Assembly (NCBI RefSeq): GCF_000150275.1 | Contig: NW_002060966.1 | Location: forward strand, 591,922-655,921 | Length of the DNA: 64,000 nt | Source: Trichoplax adhaerens | Lineage: Eukaryota; Animalia; Placozoa | Reading direction: 5' to 3' | Shown here: one piece after another, positions 57,401 to 64,000 of the stretch | Position numbering within the stretch: the stretch's first letter is position 1 | How the letters are laid out: each line of letters starts with the position of its first letter | Translations under genes and position numbers: made by a program | The notes under the pieces: generated by a model | What the model saw: the letters and a program-made list of their open reading frames with translations, nothing else | Told to the model about the DNA's origin: nothing | The model's database searches: none

Positions 57401-60400
57401 TGGAAGGTACAGCCTTGGCAATGTTACAAATTAGTTTTTGGAAGTCTCTACAACTCTGACTTTCTCGTATTTTATAACTTTTACCATCTTTATCTAGTTC
57501 ATAATCAATTATAATCTTAGGAGTGCAAAAATTTTCTGAACATGAAGGTACTTTGGCAATTAGCGCTGCCATTAAAGAATCAAATCGTGAAAATGACTCT
57601 TCTTCGCTCAAGTTAGAGTCATAATTGATAGGAATTAATATAACTAACGGCGAGCAGAATTCTTCAGGAACTCCATTGATATCGACGATAAAGCGCTCCC
57701 TTTGACCGGTTAGATTAATAGTATTAATTATCCACTCGCACAATACGGCGACATCTTCATGGTGGCTATCATCTTGCTTATATAGTGAATTTTTCAAATG
57801 CTTTAGCATTAACATCAAATGTAGATATATAAATATGAGACTGAAAATTGTAAAGCTGATAATGTCCTGGATTGTTACAATTCCAAATTTTTGCGTAAAA
57901 TTTATCGCTGCAAGCATTATTTAGCCCATTAGAATACGAATTTCTGTCCTTTATAGATTGCTGAAGGAAAGTATGACAATTAGGACTAGATAACATACGA
58001 TGCTGATACTGTTCGTTATCTACATTTTCTATATTCTTTTGAAGATTTCTTGTGGTTGATGGGATATTACTATTAGAGAATGATAAAGATCTGATCATAT
58101 TGCTCATAGATTTATTTCGACTAATTATTTCATCGATATCGATAACGGTGGATATAGGAATCATGCATCGATCATGATGTTGCTTAGTTAATAGTTCGAA
58201 AATGGCTGATTTACCAACACCATTACTTCCAATTAATATTGTGTTAATAAAATGAAAACTGCACTCTGTGCTAAAGGCCCCATTTTCACTAGAGTGTGGA
58301 ACTTCTTGTATCTGTAGGTCTAATTACAAATTATGAAATTTTAATATGAATGAATAAACACAAAGAAGACTCCAAGTACTGACGTAGCTATAATTTAATG
58401 CCTCTGTGATGTAATTAAGAGTAAATTGTTGAGTTATTATTTAATCTACATAAAAGTCAAATTCACTCTGTATGCGGTTTCATAGCAAGAAGTTTAAAGT
58501 TAAAACAAGTTGATCCAAATCATATAAATTAAGGATCTAAAACGCCGTTATTACTAATTACGAGTACAATATTAATGAAGGTTGAGAACTTACTGCATGT
58601 CAAACCTTTGCAAAATGAAACATTTACACCAGCAAAATTAAATATTTCAAGTTATAACTAAAAATTGTGACTCTTCAGCTGACATCACAACAAGCGTTAT
58701 TTCTTAAATTAGATATTAATCTATCAGAGGCCAGAATTTTTCAAATAGTGATCCACTTCTCCATATTACTTTTATGGGCAATGTTAATACGTACCGTAGC
58801 TATCAAATAAATTACGTTATATTTCCTGCGCTAAAAATATGATACTAAAGTGTAGAGATAACTCTAACACAGGCAAAGCACAGACTCGGCGATATACGAC
58901 TCGTATGTAATTAAATGCTCATAAGGCTAATGAGACCTTGAAATCGTAGTATATCCTGGAGAACTCTAACAATAATCATCATTGCTGCTGAATGTCTCCT
59001 GGTCTTTCTCTCTCACCCAGTTACAGTGTATTATTTTTACCTTTTACAAAGAATTTTTTAACAAAGTAACGTACCTGAAATGGTTTCTATCGATGAAGAA
59101 CGGTTAAAGCTGACTTGATCGTTTTCTTGGCCGGCTAATTCTACTACATCAGTATCTACAAATTGATTTTACTTTAAAGTTAACTTTAAATTTGCTATTG
59201 ATTGATACGTCAAAAAAGGCTCACAGCATTGAAAATATTTTGAAATCATAAAATTTAGTATAAACGTTATTAATAAGCTAGGATAGCTGCTGCCGAAGAA
59301 TAGCACCTACCAATGGATGATGAACGAATGCTTTTTCCGTCTAGAATATTTTCCTCTTGAGTTTTAATTATATTAATTGAGAATACATCAGAAATATTAT
59401 GAAAATCGTAATATTTCCACATTCCTTAAGTAATTTGCTGTACATTAGTAATAAAACCAGCTATTTCTACCATTCTTTCACATTTACGAAATAATATCTT
59501 CCTACAGGGCTGTTCCTTATTCTATACTAGTACTAGTATTAGTATTACCACCACTAGCTACAATATAAGCGATAAGCACACACATATCGGTACTAACTAT
59601 ATCATGATAATTAGAACATTCAGAATTACAACATGCTCCAAATTTTAATTTAGCTGCATGTTCATACGTATATACTAGCCTTGGTCATCAAACTGTCATC
59701 AAAGTTCATTCATTAATAATTTGGATCAATTTTACAATTTTTACTACATGTTTTTTCGAAACTTACCTGCAATCACTGTATTTGTTAAAGGTCTTTCATT
59801 TGTTGATTTTTTACCCTTTACTATGAATTTGACAGTTAAAAAACGAATATTAATAAATTTTTACCTACATAGCATTACCCTTATTGACTGCTAACATATA
59901 TTTGGTTGACGTATGATGTACATTACTAGATTGATCACCTCTTGTGGTAGTTGCTTGGGTTAATATACAATCTAAAAATTAAAAAAAATATTTGAATTCT
60001 TACGTAGTAATTTATAATAACTTATTATCGAGTGCAGGTTACAGATTCATACTCGCCATTTTGTGGGGTCATGATACTTAGCATAACCGCTTCAACTGAT
60101 TTCGTAAAATATTGTAACTATTATTTAGACTACTTGCAACAAATATGAACGACTTACCATGAGATAAATTTAAACTTTCATCGTCATTAAAGTCAAACCC
60201 TTGAGCATTATTAACAAGATAAATTTAAAATCAGTCCTGAGCTGTCTCCTATAATCATGAGTTCAAGCTATAACTTTAGACTTTTGTAGATCTTAAATAA
60301 TGTACTGTGGCTTAGAGATTCACGGACTATAAGCTCATGTGTGTACGTCGTAGCTACCGTGGCTATTTCGATAGCCAGTTAATTTCAATAGGGTAGTTCA

Positions 60401-63261
60401 TCTAAAAAATAGTAGCCATATTTACTACAAGTTCATTTTCCGCCGTATTATTGATAATTAACTTATTAATCCAAGAAATTACGAAACGGTACTTAATATT
60501 AACAAGTAACCGTAAAAAATTGACTATTGATCCATGCTTCTTGTAATTTATCAGATATAGATTGTGTAAATTGCAAAACTTCACCCTGAGCTACAAAAAG
60601 ATGTATCAGGTAATATAGTACATAGGGTATTAAGACTTGCAACTATAAAATGATTATGTTATAGATAGATATACATTCATAGAATACGAGTACCGGGATA
60701 ATGCTTTGATAAATCGGCGGCCTCGCTATTAGGGTTACTATTTATATCTTGTTTCTTCCGTATTGAGATAACAGTTTTAGAAGTTGCCTTGTTATTGCTG
60801 GACTTAATTCTCTCATTTCTTTGAATATTTGTATCGTTTTTACGTTTCTTTTTTGAATCTCTGCTGATTGGCGTTGAAGTATCTACGAGTAAAATATATT
60901 CACTTTCAAATTAATTTATCCAATTTTAAATTGTGCATGTATTTAGCATTTTGTTAAGGCACTACTGTTAATTAACTGAACTTGTATATCTAGTATTTAA
61001 CGTTAAAAGTTATTAGGCTGATTTACATTTTTACATGGATATACATAATTTACATTTATGGTATACATTCATGAAAAATATTCGTTGAATGAGCTTACCG
61101 GAATACAATTCTGATGCATCAGCATGGCTTTTATAATTATTGAACTTGAGTCTTTTATTTCTCTGAATTTTTGTGTCTTTTTGGGATTTCCTTTTTGAAC
61201 CTCTGCTGGTATGTTCTGAAGTATCTACAACACGTAAACGAATAGGCAAACTTTTTTAATCATATTCATTGTAATTACTTTTTACAATGAACAATTTAAT
61301 CATAATTAAGTATTTTTTTTACATTAAGCACGATTTTAAGTAAATGTGATAGCTAATCATAATATTAATCGCTTTAAATTTATGTTAATTATCAGCAATT
61401 TATCTAGCCTAAATTAAATACTTGCATGTATTGTAGTGCTAAAGTTCAGTGCTGCTAATCAACTGAAGTTATAAAATCTAGTGTTTGATAATTGCTATAA
61501 GTCACTACGTTGATTTATTTAATGCAACTATGTAGTACCTGATCGATATCGTGTGTTATCAACCAGGATGCCAACATCTCTATTTTCATCATCAATCGTA
61601 TTACTGTTGGAAATTTTATCCTTGATATCAGTTAGCCCATCAATTTTTTTCTTCAACCATTGAAAATCTTCTGTATTATGTTCGTCAGAGTTCTTTTGGT
61701 TCTGGGAAGGGTTTTTGTTACTATTTAATGAATTTGAATCGTCTGAGAGTATTTTATATATGTTACGAAGTTTACAACTAATCACATCCAATTCTTGCAA
61801 TAACTTGCGTTTTTTAAAGCATGTTAAGGGAGCTCTATCTAAAGTCGAGTTCTTAACAAAGCAGTCCATATATTTTTCCCACCATATTTCACTAAAATAT
61901 GATTTCACAAAATCGATATTTTCCTTAGCACAGATTTTTTCCCGAAATATTAAACTGTTCTTATACTTTTTTTTGGAGGCTATTAATTCTTTTCTAAGCT
62001 GCGTTGTTTCTGCAATGCCATCCTTAGCATCGGCTATCAATAGACGCCGTGGTCCCGATATTTCGTCTTGAATATTTAAACATTGTTTAAAGTTATCCAT
62101 GGCAAGTTTAAACTTCTCTTTTTCTAAATTTGCTTTTCCGATCTTGTAATAAGCTTTACATAATTCAAATTTATCACCATTTTTACGCTTGGCAAATTTA
62201 ACAGCTAAATGATAATAACGTCCTGACGCCCTAAAACGATCATATTTGCCTTCTTTGTCTTTTCCAACCTTAGGTTTGACTATTCGGTAGCAAATGTCAC
62301 CTAACATGTTATTAATTCTGGCTATATATCCGTGATCTTCGCATTTTGTTTTTTTCTTGATTTTTTGTAAAATAATATATTGCTTTTTGGCATCGTCTAA
62401 TTGATCAGAAGCAAAGAAAGCATAGCCCAAAGATTCTCTTGAGTTCACAATATGCCAACTGTTTTTCTTAAAAGCTCTCTCTTTAATTTTGTGAGACTTT
62501 TTCAAGCTCTTTGTGGCTAAACGAAAACTCCCCTGCAAAGATAAAATATAACCAATAGTATCGTAAAGCAAAGCCATTTCGACGGACTTTTTCACTTTCG
62601 TTGATAAAGAATTTTCCAGTTTATTGACTAGGGACTCTAAATAACTTCCATTTTGAAGTTGTTGAAGATCAAACGTGTTTAGAGGGGAGGAATTTTGAGT
62701 AATTTCCGTCAAGCTATTTTGCATGTTTCCTATTTGTTGATTTAACGACTCCAAATAAGCAGATAGAGCATCTTCATATTTAAATTGCAATGTATAAACG
62801 TTAGCAATGCCATTCTTAAGGAGAGTTAATAAATTATGTGGCTGGTCACAATCTAAATGTTCAATCGCATCTTTAAATTCTCTTATAGCTTCATTATGCT
62901 GTTCCTTTTTTAAGAAAACATTACCCATTATATAAGAGGATTCAGCACGTAGAGACCGCGAAAGATTGGTATTTGGAGGCAATATATCTCTCAAATCTTT
63001 GAAAAGGTTTATGACTTCATGAAGTTTATGCAGCTGAAATTTAGACTTCATTAAACCAATTAGACTTCTGTATGTAAGAGTCATGAATTTGTCAATATTC
63101 CTAACTTCCAATCTACCCTTGATACACTCGCCTACATCATCATAATTCTTTATGGCATGATCATAGCTTCCATTGTCATAGAATTTGTCTCCTTCGTCAA
63201 GTTTTTTTATCAATTCTTCGTGTAGTAAATTATCCGCCATTTTGGCTGTTTTATCTTGCAT
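54412..63261 (-). CDS. Roco-family protein: N-terminal TPR array - low-complexity linker - ROC-like GTPase - COR - C-terminal CARD; frame break within ROC
   Basis: Exon 61539-63261 (TPR repeats); small phase-1 exons 61099-61224, 60694-60882, ~60159-60200, ~59879-59971, ~59767-59820, ~59311-59340, ~59075-59155; large exon 56294-58319 with P-loop LIGSNGVGKSAIF, IWNCNNP..Y...HIYISTFDV, PLVILIP, COR-like FEYLQDIGDVL...VINILWLITII...YFFPYSL and CxxC..CxxC; exons 55748-55804 and 55265-55441; final exon 54412-54737 is CARD-like (RKALECCREEFERKNPYDEIKQILRRERVLTPAEIENINGKQNTADRSVALMEILLSRDDYDFLVVCDALE). The joining of the linker exons and the exact 3' end are inferred. Confidence 0.75.
56010..56160. 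repeat. Intronic minisatellite, ~4 x 43-44 bp
   Basis: Unit like taactgatgagagttatgatatacgagtaaatttataaaactca repeated with variation. Confidence 0.7.
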
Positions 63262-63752
63262 AAATTAAAACAATTTCTTAATTTAGCAAGAAGAATATGC
63301 GATAGTACTGTATGTATGATAGGATTCCTTACCAAACATACTAAATCATTCAATCATAATTTAGTCCTAGCACCCCCCCCCCTTTCAATTTGGCTGTATA
63401 CGCTAAGAGCAATGTAGACATACTCGCTACAGGATAACGGAAATCAATTTTTTCCTTTAACTATAAGCATGCTTCCCGCCTTTTATTTATTTAATTAATT
63501 AATAACGGAAGAGCCCACAACAGCACAATCTACGCGTGCGTCACCCTTTTGTGTTAAGGTTTGGATCGAAATTGAACTTTGTATTGTAGCAATGTAATTT
63601 TCTAACTCAATTTTAACTCTCAATTCACTTTTTTAATGATTTTGATTGCAATATTTCAATTCTAATTCATCTAAGGCATCGATTGATAGCGAATTGATAT
63701 CTCATCAAGTTGAAAAGTTAGGTTTTGATATCTTATTTTCAAATGCCAGGAA

Positions 63753-63862
63753 ATACAGTACTGTACTTTCAGTATTCACATTACAGTGGAATACTGTATA
63801 CCGTACGCTACAATATACTGTACTGTACTGTACTGTACTCAGTGTACAGTACTGTACTGTAT
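63753..63862. repeat. (TACTG/CAGTA)n pentanucleotide microsatellite-like tract
   Basis: tactgtactgtactgtactgtactcagtgtacagtactgtactgta with flanking partial units in both orientations. Confidence 0.8.
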
Positions 63863-64000
63863 ATCGTCAAACAAGAAACCTTGTCAGATGGACGGACGTT
63901 TCTTACCAACTGAGGCCATCTAGAGCGATAAATGTCTACTTACAAAGTTGCAGTAGTATGGATATTCTGTGCCTGTCCTTTAAATCACGGCACTAATTGA

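Noticed and set aside
57800-57917. Hydrophobic N-terminus (apparent TM/signal segment) of the 564-aa ORF
   Set aside because: It is the out-of-frame reading of the ROC G3 region upstream of the frame break, not a real N-terminus.
61715-62071. 118-aa plus-strand ORF
   Set aside because: Antisense shadow of the TPR exon.
63646-63996. Two plus-strand ORFs rich in Y/C/T/V/L
   Set aside because: Translation artefacts of the TACTG microsatellite.

Overview
AT-rich, intron-rich eukaryotic (metazoan) genomic DNA. The short GT-AG introns and gene content suggest an early-branching animal such as a placozoan (Trichoplax-like); this is an inference only. Left to right: (1) the 3' end of a CDK8/19 gene (+). 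(2) A minus-strand TRPA channel cluster: copy A (2.7-11.7 kb; ankyrin exons open, one TTA>TAA stop just before the membrane domain, altered filter/gate, truncated coiled coil), a stop-riddled 3' relic C next to a 50-N gap, and an intact copy B (18.9-27.5 kb). (3) An intronless peroxisomal enoyl-CoA isomerase (C-terminal SKL) head-to-head with a DsbA/FrnE-like CPWC oxidoreductase. (4) A head-to-head pair of secreted pepsin/cathepsin-D-family genes: one keeps both DTG motifs, the other has an intact ORF but both catalytic Asp replaced (STG, ETG). (5) A large minus-strand Roco-type gene, TPR - low-complexity linker - degenerate ROC GTPase - COR - CARD, with a +1 frame break inside ROC. Several local tandem duplications and minisatellites are also present. 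Exon structures were read by hand from GT/AG sites and paralog comparison; no database searches were run.
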